A stretch of 64,000 nucleotides of DNA, taken from the NCBI GenBank assembly GCA_946965045.2, contig OX337235.1:1240001-1304000 (forward strand), read 5' to 3'. A program made the translations under genes and the position numbers. The stretch comes from Epithemia pelagica (Eukaryota > Protista > Bacillariophyta). Shown here piece by piece: positions 22,331 through 34,800 of the stretch. Within the stretch, counting starts at the first letter, position 1, and every line of letters begins with the position of its first letter. The notes below the pieces were generated by a model. It searched no databases, had not been told where the DNA came from, and was given only the letters and a program-made list of their open reading frames with translations.

Positions 22331-23832
22331 GATGGTTTTGGTCGTTCTACAAGAGGGTTTTCCAAAGATTTAAAGCAACGGGGCGAGACGGAGAATGATT
22401 CTAATATTATCAAACACTGTGCATCCGAACTCACAACGACACCTCCAATCTCTCATGGCTGGTCGTCGTCGTCTCGATTGGGAAATTCTCAACCTCTCCA
22501 ACGATCTTTGGTTCGCACCCGTTTCCCGTTTGGTTCCGGCGCGTGTGGTTGGACGACCGGCCATGATGTGTTGCCAGGAATGCGAACTGTTGCGAATCCT
22601 GAAACTGTCGTGATTCTGGATTCATTACGGAAGAGTGACAGATCCAGTTTCGGTACAAATGTCGCAGTTGGGGACACGTCGAATGTAGACATATGACGAA
22701 AACAGTACCTGGCATGACGTGGAAGAATGATTCGCCATGACGTGGATACTTCATTCTGTGAACTTTTCATTGCCCCAAAGCCCAGAGGACAGAGGATCTC
22801 TGGATCTTTTGGCAGACGTTGGCAGTTGGCAGTAGTCGGCACCTGCATGCGCATGTTCCATTGGCAATTGGCAATTGGCAGCTGCCGTGTGATTGCCTCT
22901 TGTCTCTTGTTGTCCAACGGGACGGAGAGGAGTACCATCTGCATCGAACAACAGACCCGTGACAATGGTCTCCGTCGTGTGCCCTGACTGGCCTTCTCTC
23001 TCTGTTCTCTCTCTCTTGCTTGGAGCCAACCACAAACCACCAACAGAGGTTTCGGCAGATGTGTAGAGTGTAGAATGGCCCGAGCTGTGTCGTAGATGAG
23101 CAGGAGCAGGAGGGTGTCTGTGGTTGGGGGCCAACAGCCAACAACCAACAGCCAACAGCATTCGTTGAATGACACCTGGAATCTTGTTGTAGGAGTACAT
23201 CATACATTCGTTGAATGACATATAATAATAATGGTGACACCCTAGTTGTCGTCCCCCAAGCATGTCGCACCCCAATGGAAACACAAACGTAATTGCGAAC
23301 CACGAGATGTTGATGGATGGGTGGTGTATGTTGCTCTGTGATTGCGAAGCGTCTCCTTGACAACCCCTCCTTTGCAGAGAACCACAAGGAATGCAGGAAA
23401 CGCGACGAATGCTGCAGCAGCAGCAGGATCCGGAATGATGTCGTGGGTCATGCCATGCAATTGCAACATTGGTCTCTATGATGCAGGTAGAGGAGAATGG
23501 CCATCACGATGATGCGGTTGCCGTTGGTCAATCATCATCCCCATGTCAGTAGATCGTTCCTTTGATTATGAATCGATGCTCTCCAGGAAAGTAGGAAATT
23601 TTATAGATGATCTAACAAGAATAGTGATCTAACCTTATGATACTAGATGCTGCAGTTCCTAGAGAGAGAGAGAGAGGATGTCTCGAGTCGTTGTTGTTGT
23701 TGTTGTTGTGATCTAAAAAGGCCTGGAGGATGGGTCCATGGATTCTTTGTGCAAATGAAATGTGTAAAGGAATGGGTTCGTGTTGTCCCATTCACGTCTC
23801 AAGCTCTCCTGTAGGATCCAGAAGAGCGGAGG

Positions 23833-25525
23833 TTACTTGCGGTCGGTTGCTTCAAACGATGACGTACTGGTTCGAGAGACCATGGGTGGTGGCGGTGCGG
23901 GTCCCCTTCTCAATGGCGCAGCCGCACCGGTATTTGAAGCATGGTGGTTGTTATTGTTGTTGTGGTTGTTGCTGGAGGTGCTGGTCGAAGATGACAGGGG
24001 TACGACGGTCGTCCAAAATTGATGCGCCAAATGACGATCGGAAATTTCTTGAATCCGTCGTCGATTGTAAATCAAATCCTTGTGTCGCGATTCCGACCGT
24101 CGCAAAATGGCTTGGGTATCCTTGTAAAAGCCCGCCACCATGGAATCCAAATCCAAATCGTTGCGTTCATGACCAAAGGGATTTTCAATTTCACACACCA
24201 TACTTTCCATACCCCAGACCGCAAAGGCCACGAGATTGGCCAAGACAATGGCCCACCAGCCATAATAATTGGCACCGTGCAGGGGAAACAGGAGGAGCCA
24301 CAAAATCATAAAAAAGCGCAATTGCAACACATAGGATAAGGGCAAGGGTGTATTGGCAATGCGTTCGCAGGAACCAAGGGCATCGCTCATGACCGCCAAA
24401 CAAGAGGTATTAATGACACCGAGTTGATATTCCGACAATTTGCCGGCTTCGGCTTGTTGTTCGAGATAATGCGACAGCACGTCTTGACAAAAGAGGGGCA
24501 TGTGATCGGAATGTTGAATATTGGCAATGTCTTGATGACATAGCGGCAATCCCAAACTTTGACAATCGCGACGAATGTCATGTTCCTTGAGCAAATGCAA
24601 TTTGCAAGCCACGGCAAAGGCCGTGACGAAATGAATGGCCCGGGCTCGATCCAAGACATCGTCCTCACACAACACCTTGACATGAGCACAGACCAAACGA
24701 GTAAAGTCCCGACTGACTTCGCGCATTCTGTGTGGGCCATCCGAATTGACCATAAACAAGAAGAAAACAACGACGAAACAAGTGCACAACAAATGTATCA
24801 GAACATACAACAAGACTGTGCAAATCTGATCCGTCGTTGTCGACTGTGCTGTCTTACCGTCCCCACACTTTGCGTCCTTCCCAAAAGCGATCGTAGGCTT
24901 GATTGGCTCGAAAACTGAGTAGTAAAAACAAACCGAGCGAAAAGCCTCGCAAATCCATGTCTTCGTGCAACATGAAATCTTCGGAACAAAATTGTGCATC
25001 GTCCACATCGGCTGGACTGCCACACAAATTGGTAAATCGGGCCAACAAAACGACTGCGGCATTGTACAGCCACAGCAGATACAAAATTTCACGATTTGTT
25101 TCGGGAAACCAGGCTCCGAGCGGAGGTTCCCACCATCGATGCGTGGGATCGTAGGTGACATTGTGATTGGACGGGCGAACTTCTTCCTTGCCCTGTTTGA
25201 AGTTATTCATACCACCAATCACGGACGAGGATTTGGTTTCCGACGACGACGATTCGGCTTCGTCGCCGCCACCGCGTGAATCATCATTGTCCTCCTGATC
25301 GTCCTCGTCACGATCGTCATCCAAACTTCCACCCCCTCCGGCTGTGGTGGTGGATGTGGACACCACTTCTTCTTCCTGTGTTCCACTATTGTAGCCTCGT
25401 CGAGTAGTTCCACCTCGAAAATCCGATGGTTGTCGCTGCCGTCTCGACTTGTGATGATGATGGTGGTGCTTGAGAATGAGCGGTACGGACGATTCTTCTT
25501 CGACAGTTGTCACGGGGGATGACAT
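23833..25525 (-). CDS. Bestrophin-like anion channel, paralogue B; exons 25525-24858, 24727-23833
   Basis: LLLSFRANQAYDRFWEGRKVWG|RMREVSRDF across a GT-AG intron (24857-24728). CERIANTPLPLSY and EIENPFGHERNDLDLD motifs. Intron is at the same position as in paralogue A. Confidence 0.88.
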
Positions 25526-26355
25526 GGTTGGTGCTGCTCTTGAACGATGACAATGATGATTTTCTTTCACAAGAGGAGCTGATGCGGGGTCCAAAAATCT
25601 GCTTTTCTTTGTTTTCTTTCGTCGTCCCAAAGAATTTGACAGGCAACCAAATCAATAAACTGCTGCTGCTGGACAGTGACGAGTCTCTCTCACTAGAGAG
25701 ATTGTGAGAATATGATTCCTGTAATGTTTCGATAGTTCTATCTGTACTCTAGGAATAGACAAGATAGCGAGAGAAGCTAGATCTCTCTGCAGTAGCCAAA
25801 AGATCCCAGAGACTGCATGTGCACTTGCTTCAGTTGTCTTTCGCTGTTGTTGTTTGATTGAAGTGCCTTCGTCGTTCCACTTCTCTACGACATGGGCCAT
25901 CTTTTGGCCATTGGTCTTGGTCCCCACAAATTGATCCAACCACAGCCGAACACCCAACCTCCTTACTAAAGTTTGTACTAGTGTACTACAGTGTACTATG
26001 GTGGCACCTGCGTGACACCTGGACCACCAACAAAAGCAGCTGCGAGGAGACGTGTCCCAAAAGGATCTGACGTGGGACGTGAGGGTTCGGACCAATGGGA
26101 CACGTCCCAGGCATCTGGTATACCGGTAACACTCTTTCCGAACTGCGAACAATTGCGTTCGGGTTTTCTGAACTATGCACTCTATACTTTGGGGTAGAGA
26201 ACGCTTTAATTCTATTCTCACAAAATGATCCCTCGACCAGCTTGCAAATTTCTCATTTCGTGCTTGTATCGTGTCTATTCTTATTTCTTTTTCTCCATGC
26301 AGTGCACCAGAGTGTATAGAGAGTCCCTGTTGGAACTATCTTTGCACAGCAAGAC

Positions 26356-26491
26356 GCAATTCCGATCGACAGTCAGAGGAGACTGTAGAGTTCTGGAACC
26401 ATGTTTGCACCAATTCGCAATTCTGATCGACAATCAGGGAGGAGATTGTAGAGTTCTGGAACCTTGTTTGCAGCAATTCGCAATTCCGATC
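26356..26491. repeat. ~2.2 copies of a 63-bp tandem unit
   Basis: gtagagttctggaacc(a/t)tgtttgca(c/g)caattcgcaattc(t/c)gatc recurs at 26385 and 26448. Confidence 0.85.
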
Positions 26492-26801
26492 TACCGTTCG
26501 TGGAACATCCAGATAGTTGATAACCGGTGATCAAACTGGTCGATCGTTTCGAAAAGGAAAAATTAACAACGCTTATCCTTGGTGCAAAACGTTGTTGTAG
26601 TTCGACAGTAAGAGTAGTTTTTTGATTTCCGCGAGACACTAACTCAGAAGAGCAGTACAACGACTGGACACCCACCCACCTCTATCGGACAAGAGTTGTA
26701 CCGATTCTGTGGTTGGCATGGCATAACGAAATGGGCAAAAGTCACACATCGCGGCATTTTTTTATGTAGTAGAGACGGGAATGGTCCATTTCGTTCTGCT
26801 G

Positions 26802-29153
26802 TTACCCAAGGCCCTTGAACAAGTCTTCTTTGGACTGTCGTGTCGCTAGTTTGTGTGCCGGTTTGGCATCGCAATCAATCGCCTTGATAGAGTAGGCAAT
26901 CCACCAACCTTGATGGTGGTTGTCATTGTGTCTTGTTGTTGATGTTGATGGTTTTTGGTCGTTTGGTGCTTTGCCATTTCTTGTGGGAGGAGGCGCATAG
27001 TACAACCATCCCGGTCTCTCGTTGGTTTGGAGACTCTCGTGCGCGGGAAGCCCATCCAACCGAAACCCAGAGGCGTCGTCGTCGTCGTCGTTACTGCAAT
27101 GGGTTGCTGCTGCTGCTGTTGCTGTAGCAGGAAACATGTGCAAACGGACAAAACAACTGACATCGCACATGGCCAAGGAGAACAACCACACTTGCAAGAG
27201 GTAGACGGTTTCGGCCACACCCAATTGTCCAATCCACTCCAAACACTTGGCATAGGCTTGATCGAGTACTTTGGGATCTCGCTGTTGTTGTGACGGTTGT
27301 CGAGACTTGTCGTTGTCATATAAGTCTTGAATCAAACACAGCAGGGCATGGAGTGCCCTCGTTCCATGCGTTTCCGTAGTCGAGGAGGACTTGGAACTGG
27401 AATCCAATGGTGGTCGGTGCTGCTGCTGTTGCAAGTGATGCGGAAAGGGAATAGGGCAGTGTTTGACAAGTTTGGGAGGATTGTGTTCCAACCAACACGA
27501 TGAATCGTTGGGCGGCGGTACAAAGGATGACGATGATAATGACTGGGCAACGTTGGGATGGCTCGTGTGGGTGGTTGTTTCGGGGAACCACCCAGGATCC
27601 GAATTACGATCACCGGCAACCAGTTGATTAATCAGTTGTTGGGCGTAACGTTCCACGGCGGCGGACACATCCTCCTCCAACAAATCATCCAAGGACGGTG
27701 TTGCTAGTAATGATAGTAAATGGCGGTACAAGAGAATGGCACCATCCGCATCAATCCAATCCAATTCTTGAAGGGTCAACAATTTCGACAACCATGGTTC
27801 TCGTACCAAAATCTCGGCCACAATCGCCAGGACCCGCGAGACATGGTCGTCGTCGTCCTCTGGAGTGTGTGGTGGAGTTGCATCCTCCTCTCGAGGAGCA
27901 AGTGGCAGTGGCAGGGCATGTGGCGTGTCCTTCGCTCCGGAATGATTCTCGCGATTCTTGTTGCTCCTAGTATTATTAGTAGGTGTACCACCACGCCACA
28001 TTCGTAAATTGTTGCCCGGACAGTCCCTCAAATCGTCCAGGGCTTGTCGAATTTGAGCACGATTGTTGGAAAAGAGCTTTTGCGGATCGTACCGACTCCC
28101 GTTTGTGGTAGTAGTAGTTGTGGCTGGCGGGGGTGCTCTCGTACTAGTACTGCCTTGTGGTTGTTGTGGTTGTTGTTGTTGTTGCTGTTTTTGTCGTTGC
28201 AAGAGTTGAAATCGCGAGGCAGTATACTTGATGCGATGGTGAGGATGAATCAAGGGCGAATAGGGACGATAGCCTGCCTTGGGTTTGAGTTCCACGGACC
28301 AAAACGTGGAGCATGACGACATGGTAAACAACGACGAGTTTTTGGGTGTGGTGTGGCAGAGATTAGTACTACTCCACAACGGACGCCGATAATCGTACCA
28401 CAACTCCACCGTCACGGTTCGTTCTGGTTGGTTCGATGGTTCGTTTCCTCGTCCTTGTTTCTGGAACAATGTCCATTCTCCTGGACGCTGTCGATGAGCC
28501 GGAATTTTGCCACTGGTCACCGCCTGGGTATACAAGGCATGGGCCAAGGCACACCACGGTTTTACAGAGGACCGCTGTGATGGTAATGATGATGATTCTG
28601 TGGCTGCCACCAGTGTCCAGGTCCAGGAATGGACCGGTACATCAACATAGGGGGACAAGGCGGGGACGACCAAATCACGGACATGATCCAGGAGACTCGT
28701 ACTATTCGTCGTTGAGTTGCGGCTGCTTTTGGAACTTGTTGTCCTTGTCCTTGCATCTTGTTCCAGAAGGACCGAGCCAGACTGAAACAATGATGCAGCT
28801 TGCATCAAATCATGCTTGTTCCATCGCATCAACCAATGCGGATGAGGTTCCAAGGATATTGCTTCTTCTTGTTGTTGGTGGTGGTGGTGGTGGTGTCGAT
28901 TGTCCTTGCGTTTGGGATCCCACAGTGGTGTCGCGTCGTCGGAGGAGGATGGTGCATAGGAAAACAAGACATGACGACCACCTTCCGCCATGTATTCCCA
29001 ATCACTCGATCGCAACACTAGTCGCTGGTGTTGTCGTAGCCACGCAGCATCCTTGGGTTCTCCTGGATGTTGCAGGATAGTATTCACCTCCACCACCACC
29101 TCCGCCACCACCACAGCCTCGTCATTTGGAGGCATGGCATCGTGTGGGTGCAT
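26802..29153 (-). CDS. IPK1: Inositol-pentakisphosphate 2-kinase (IPK1 family) with low-complexity insertions
   Basis: Ordered family motifs WEYMAEGGRHVLF, SVELKPKAG, RFQLLQ, YDPQKLFS, NNLRMW, SLAMCDVSCFV and IKAIDCDAKP..KL. Likely ATG is 29153 (ORF track extends to 29423). Confidence 0.85.
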   Translation of the reverse strand: MHPHDAMPPNDEAVVVAEVVVEVNTILQHPGEPKDAAWLRQHQRLVLRSSDWEYMAEGGRHVLFSYAPSSSDDATPLWDPKRKDNRHHHHHHQQQEEAISLEPHPHWLMRWNKHDLMQAASLFQSGSVLLEQDARTRTTSSKSSRNSTTNSTSLLDHVRDLVVPALSPYVDVPVHSWTWTLVAATESSSLPSQRSSVKPWCALAHALYTQAVTSGKIPAHRQRPGEWTLFQKQGRGNEPSNQPERTVTVELWYDYRRPLWSSTNLCHTTPKNSSLFTMSSCSTFWSVELKPKAGYRPYSPLIHPHHRIKYTASRFQLLQRQKQQQQQQPQQPQGSTSTRAPPPATTTTTTNGSRYDPQKLFSNNRAQIRQALDDLRDCPGNNLRMWRGGTPTNNTRSNKNRENHSGAKDTPHALPLPLAPREEDATPPHTPEDDDDHVSRVLAIVAEILVREPWLSKLLTLQELDWIDADGAILLYRHLLSLLATPSLDDLLEEDVSAAVERYAQQLINQLVAGDRNSDPGWFPETTTHTSHPNVAQSLSSSSFVPPPNDSSCWLEHNPPKLVKHCPIPFPHHLQQQQHRPPLDSSSKSSSTTETHGTRALHALLCLIQDLYDNDKSRQPSQQQRDPKVLDQAYAKCLEWIGQLGVAETVYLLQVWLFSLAMCDVSCFVRLHMFPATATAAAATHCSNDDDDDASGFRLDGLPAHESLQTNERPGWLYYAPPPTRNGKAPNDQKPSTSTTRHNDNHHQGWWIAYSIKAIDCDAKPAHKLATRQSKEDLFKGLG

Positions 29154-29605
29154 TCTACTGTTATTCCATAGAAAAACACAACATGTTTGCAATTGCTCGT
29201 ATGTATTAGTCTTTCGCCACGTGCCGTTCCGTTCAATCGACGTCTCAATGAAATTAAATTGTCTCTTATCGTTTAGCTTCATCACCCGCTCGATATTACG
29301 GGACTGGATATGATATCCTCTTTTAAGTAAATACTCCCTTTCATTCACTATTACAGAAACCGATGGGATGTACAATGTACAAAAGAATCTTCCCGATTTT
29401 TGTTGCTGCGACCGACAAATCATTCAATAAAGACAACCCCAGTTGCAGTCCGTGTGCTGTGCCAGCACCATTACACAACAATGACGACGACGACAAAAGC
29501 TCGACCTCCACCGTCCACCACCACGACACTATACTCTCCCAACAAGAACAACAATAAGAAGAACCGAAACTCCAACCTGCGGGTATCCAACAAAGAATAA
29601 TACGA

Positions 29606-31420
29606 ATGAGTCCCTCGGATTCAGCATCTCCCCAGCAACAACCACAATCAACACGACAGGAGGATGGTGCATGGAGACTGGAATTGCGTTCCGTCTGGAT
29701 CTCCCACTTGACAATCTTGTATTCTTTTATCCGCCCGCCCTCGGAGGACACAAGAACAACAACAACCGGCATGCTGAATTGGACGACCGATCGTGACACG
29801 GCCGAGATGCTGGACATTTGGAAAGAACAAAGCAAGGAATGGTTGGTACAAACAAGGAGGAACAACAGGACAAGGATCCAAACGCAGCAACAGCAGGACA
29901 ACGACAACGACGACGACGACTCTCTGGACCGCATTCTCCAAGACGTGATTCAGGAAGCTCACCATGTCGTCGCCCTGCAAAACCAACCACAGCAAGAGGA
30001 CCCAATAGCAAACAAGAAAATTACAAAGAACCTAACGACCGACAAGCCAACTACGGCCGTGTCCTTGTTGTCCTCCTCGTCCTTGTTTGGATCCTCCTCC
30101 ATGAGTTTCTTTGTCTGGTCCGTCGAACAAGAAGCAGCACAGGCCAAAGCAGAAGCCGCAGCCTCCTCGACAGGAGAGGATTCTCGATTTAACTCTTCAT
30201 GGTCGTCGCTCTACTTGTTGCGGGCCTTGTCGACCAAGGTCCAATTCATGGATGATTTGGTTGAGGATTGGACCGAAATTGCGGCCTTTGTTCGTAACCA
30301 ATTGATCCAGTCGGTCACGGACCAGCATGACTCACAAGAACAACAACAAGAACAAGAACGATTTGGATTGGCCCTCAACCTGCATCAAGAATGGTATAGC
30401 AAACTCAAGCAGCAGCAACAAGAACCCTCCTCCGTGCAACAATCGCTCGGGGGGAGAATGGACCTCATGGCCCATGTCTTGGCGGCTACTCAAGCTGCCG
30501 CTGCCCAAGTCGAACCGACAAATCATAATACCGTCGCGAACATTCACAGTCCTACTACTGCAACTACCATCCTATCCGACTTGGTACGCTTGTGGTGGAC
30601 CATGTGGATTGATTATTGGAGTACCCTTCCCTTTGTCTCCTTGGCCTCATGCAAAACATGTCCCAATCGACAGCAACTCTTGGCCAAGGCCTGGACACAC
30701 ATGGTACAACCGCTCCTGCAACAGCAGACCGGCAGTCTCTCAGCAGCAACATCGTTTACCGGGCAGTCGTTTCAGTCTGCCGTGTGGCATCAGGATCCAA
30801 TAGGTCTTTGGTTTCGTGCATGGATTCCTCACAGTGGCATTTCTTCGACTCCCCACAGTAGTATCACTCGTGGTTCTTTAGTCACAACCTCCGAACCAGA
30901 CGACCAAATGGCATGGCTCATTTCGCAACTGGTAGTCTCGGCCATTGGACCACCACCACCAGATTCGGACAATACTGCGAACAACAACGACCACTTGGCG
31001 ACAACAGTACCATTCCCACGGGACATTCGTGCCATGGTCTTGTGGACGCAATGGTTGCTGGTTACTCGATCCTCCCAGTTTCCGTGGCACATGGCACAAG
31101 CACATGGTCCTCCAACTTCTCCTACGAGCATGGACAAGAACCACTCGATCCGGTTGGTCTTTGTGGAACGATTGCTCCAATTGTTGCAGCAGCAACCATG
31201 GGGGACTCAACGTTCCACAAGCTGCGATCTCCATACCTTGTGGTGGCAAGGACTGGAAAGCGTTCTTAATCATGCCAAATACTGCGACACGCACGACGAA
31301 TCCAAATCAGCATCGTCCAATGTCGCGTTGTACCAAGCCCTGCAATCGAAACTGGAACAGTACTATCGCCACAAGAACAAGGACAGTCATTGTTTCCCAT
31401 GGAGTGGCCCCGTGTACTGA
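29606..31420 (+). CDS. Uncharacterised 604-aa, probably alpha-helical, Trp-rich protein
   Basis: Long ATG-initiated ORF with host-like Q/T/S/D runs between hydrophobic blocks; no family recognised. Confidence 0.6.
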   Translation: MSPSDSASPQQQPQSTRQEDGAWRLELRSVWISHLTILYSFIRPPSEDTRTTTTGMLNWTTDRDTAEMLDIWKEQSKEWLVQTRRNNRTRIQTQQQQDNDNDDDDSLDRILQDVIQEAHHVVALQNQPQQEDPIANKKITKNLTTDKPTTAVSLLSSSSLFGSSSMSFFVWSVEQEAAQAKAEAAASSTGEDSRFNSSWSSLYLLRALSTKVQFMDDLVEDWTEIAAFVRNQLIQSVTDQHDSQEQQQEQERFGLALNLHQEWYSKLKQQQQEPSSVQQSLGGRMDLMAHVLAATQAAAAQVEPTNHNTVANIHSPTTATTILSDLVRLWWTMWIDYWSTLPFVSLASCKTCPNRQQLLAKAWTHMVQPLLQQQTGSLSAATSFTGQSFQSAVWHQDPIGLWFRAWIPHSGISSTPHSSITRGSLVTTSEPDDQMAWLISQLVVSAIGPPPPDSDNTANNNDHLATTVPFPRDIRAMVLWTQWLLVTRSSQFPWHMAQAHGPPTSPTSMDKNHSIRLVFVERLLQLLQQQPWGTQRSTSCDLHTLWWQGLESVLNHAKYCDTHDESKSASSNVALYQALQSKLEQYYRHKNKDSHCFPWSGPVY

Positions 31421-31819
31421 TCCAGTCGCATGTACCTCCTCCTACTCCAGACCAGTCCAACGAGAATGACCCAAACAACAACCAGACATTTTCAACCAAC
31501 GCTTGAAGAGCTATAGGACACAACAACGTGCGGAAACACATGAGGCTAAACCTGTTCCGAACCTTTTCCTGGAGAATTGACAAGAGTCTACTCTTGAAGT
31601 TACGTCATGATGTGCGTATGGATGAGTCGTAGTATCTCATGTAGATGCAGCTACAGAGAGAGAACCTGTATGAAATATGAAAGCATCTACCCCGCGAAAA
31701 ATATTCTTATGCTAAGCATCGTACGTGCGATTACCAAAGACTATTGGAGTGTAGTAGTTCAGCAACAAACGTATCATATCCATGATACAAGGATACGCAC
31801 AAACCAACAGAGAAAAATC

Positions 31820-34800
31820 CTAGGTTGAGTGTACTGAACTTTCTTCACCAAACGTTGACTGGGTCGGTGAAGGTTCCGGGTTGTGGCTGCGTGATTCATT
31901 GATCTCCGTGCCACCTTTTGAATCCTCATGACTACCCTCTTCAATCGTCGAACACAAATCCATCCCGTTTCCATCATTGCCATCGTCCTCATCATCCTCT
32001 TCATTTCCTTCAAGTAAAGGCGACAGCTTCTTGAATCGCTTCTTTTGAGTTTGGAGTCGACCACGCCTCGAACTACTATTCAAACTTTGGTTCAAGGAGA
32101 CCGCTAATGAATCATCCCTTGACTTCTCGTCATCATCCTCAACAAGGAATGTACCAAGATTTCCACTTTGCCGGAAAACTGATAGAGATTTCTTATCAAG
32201 TTCTCCCAATTCTAAGTAGTCCGGGTGGTTCCGAAGTTCCACCTCCTTTTCGTTGAAATACTTGCGGAGAAGTTCCACATCCTTTCTGTCTTTTCGGATC
32301 CATGAAAGATATCTGGGCAACAATGCAATGGGTCAGAACAAATCTTGAAAACCAAACAACATAGAACAATTAAGCTCAACGTACTTGCTCAACACCGCTA
32401 AGAATGGCAGTCGTGCACCCAGATAGAGCGGTTCCCCTCCGTGAGGGTCATCCGTCGAGAACGCAAAGCGAACTCCCTCCCGCACAAATCCCACCAAGAC
32501 TGGTTTTAGGCTTGCATCACTCAACTTTCCAACCCCTAACGAGGATGAAAGTCGCTTTGCCTGCTGTTCCAGCAACTCAAACTGAGATGAAAGTCGAGCT
32601 AGTTAGTAAGTCGTTATTCCCAATCCACTCCATATGAACGCGCGTAACGTACCTTGGCCCTGTGATCTTTCTCAGCCTGTTCGAATTCTTCGATTTCCTC
32701 TACTGAAGCGTGTTGACTTTGTGGTTCTTCGGGCTCACTTGTGGCCCATTCTTCGAACGCTTGTCGTAGACAGGCCATATGAGCTTCCAAGAAGCGTACA
32801 GGTTCAACCTATTCAAGATCGGGTCAGAGAGACGAAAATCCAAGAAAAAGCAGACCGGGGAACATACCTTTTTCATGACGCGCGACATTGAAGATATGAT
32901 GGTTGACGCCTCTGTGCCACTACCAGTAATATGAGTGAGAAGCAAACCCGCCTCTCTACGATTCCCTTGTTTCCAATTTCGACAAAGACAGCGGGCGGTT
33001 GGAAGAAGCAAAGCTCTGGCCACATCGTTATTTCCTTCACCCACTCTCAGCTGCACAAGGGACGACAAGTTTGAGATTTTGAGCAAACATATAGTTCTAG
33101 TGGAGTGGCAACGTACCTTTCTTTCTTGACATTGCAGAAAGCGCATTGATCCGCCGATCATATGACTGTCATTTGTCAATGCACAGTCCCGTAAAACAGG
33201 GTCACTGGAGTTCATCCACTCTCTATGAAGCAAGGAGCGGAGGTCACCAGCGACGGCAGCTGCGTGTGACTGAACCGATCGAGCAAAGTCCTTGTGATGG
33301 CGGCTGTAGCTATCGCTTTCTTCATCAACGTGTATCTCGAACGAGTGGCAAAGTAGCCGCATCAGGCTATCTCGCATTGCGACAAAGGCTGTAGTGTTTT
33401 GCCTTTCCTCACCTTCCATATCAAGCTGTTCCTGTAGACGCCAGGCTAATGACTGCAGAAGAAATGAAAGACCGGCCAACACGGATTCCCTTACATGTCC
33501 GTGGAGCTGCTTCGGCGCAGTCTCCCAGATTTCTGGAATTAGCTCAATACCGTGCATGTCTTCACTATCAGAAACAAGTTTCCTGATTTTCAAGTCAGAG
33601 GCAAGGGAAGCACTGACAACCGAGCAGAGCTTTTCTGTACCATTCATCCCATCGGGAAGAAGTTTCGAGAGCGGCCATCGTTTTGTCAGAAGAGACAATC
33701 GTTGCAGACACGAGCTAATAGAGAGTTGCACATTGAGCTGTTCCATGGGATTGTCAATGGCAGATTTTTCTTTCAGCGTAGACATGAGCTGATCACAAAT
33801 TGAAACAGTCAGTTCTTTCAAGCAAACGAGGGACTCGCTACTTCGTGTGTGGTCTCCTTTGGCAAGAAAGGTCAGAGTCAGACAGCAGTTGAATAAGACT
33901 TGTGCGTCTTCCGACGTACGGAAAAGTGACGAGAGTTGGTTTAGCAACTTCGTGAACAGTTTCTTTTGCTGGGACGTGTTGAGAACACTTGCCACTAATA
34001 GGAAAGCAAATCAAACAAATGAGGAACACAATCTCAAATGCAACTGACATGCCTTCCTCTGAACTTACAGAAATATTTTGGGAGGGCTGTCAAACCGCGA
34101 AGGACACCTGCATCGGTGCGGAACGAAGAAAAAAGTTCCGGGAGCGCCTGTAGGGTGGCCACGGTGAACTTTTCCTGGAGTCCTTTCCGACGTTGTGCTT
34201 TCATTTCTCTTGAGGATGGCGCTTCTACGCGATGTGCTGCCAAAAGTGCAGGGTCTACCACAACCTCCAAAGTACCATCGCCAAACTCAGACATTTCTTG
34301 TCCAATACTAGCAACAATGATCTCGAGAAGGACTCGGCGTTGCACTGCATCCACATTTCGTTGGCCTTGGGAAGCAGCCTCTTGTCCACAAGCTTTGAGT
34401 GATTGTAGCATTGCCGAATATTCAAACAGGAGTGAGGCGTGTTCGGGGATACAACGCAGTGAAGACACTACATGACCGACACTATCATAAGGGAGCTTCT
34501 CAAACGGGATATTATTCGCAGAAATACGATGTGTGATCCTGAACCCAAAGCAAGGTGAGATATAATTTGAGTTTGCAACGATGGAATCCATTCTACAATG
34601 ACTTACCAACTTGCAAGAGCAGTAATACGTGCTACGACACCGGCCTCCGAGTGCATCACCTCTGAATCAAAGGCTTCCAGTTGCTCCAGGACAAACACCA
34701 ATGCGGTATGACGGACGGTTGGTGAGGTATCGCTAGCCAACGCCCGATCGTTGATTCGTTTCCATATCTCTTGATCACTAATATCGTCCAGGTACCCATG

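Noticed and set aside
21869-23469. ORFs between the bestrophins (e.g. 21869-22696 +, 22489-23175 -, 22767-23387 -)
   Set aside because: They are antisense shadows or low-complexity sequence with short internal repeats (cattcgttgaatgaca twice, ttggca runs); no protein motifs.
26356-26491. 63-bp repeat as a CRISPR array
   Set aside because: Only about two units, whole-unit duplication without unique spacers, no cas genes, eukaryotic context.
5084-29423. ORF-track N-terminal extensions from non-ATG starts (5084, 10769, 12199, 29423)
   Set aside because: The extensions look like promoter/UTR sequence; the first plausible in-frame ATG was used instead.
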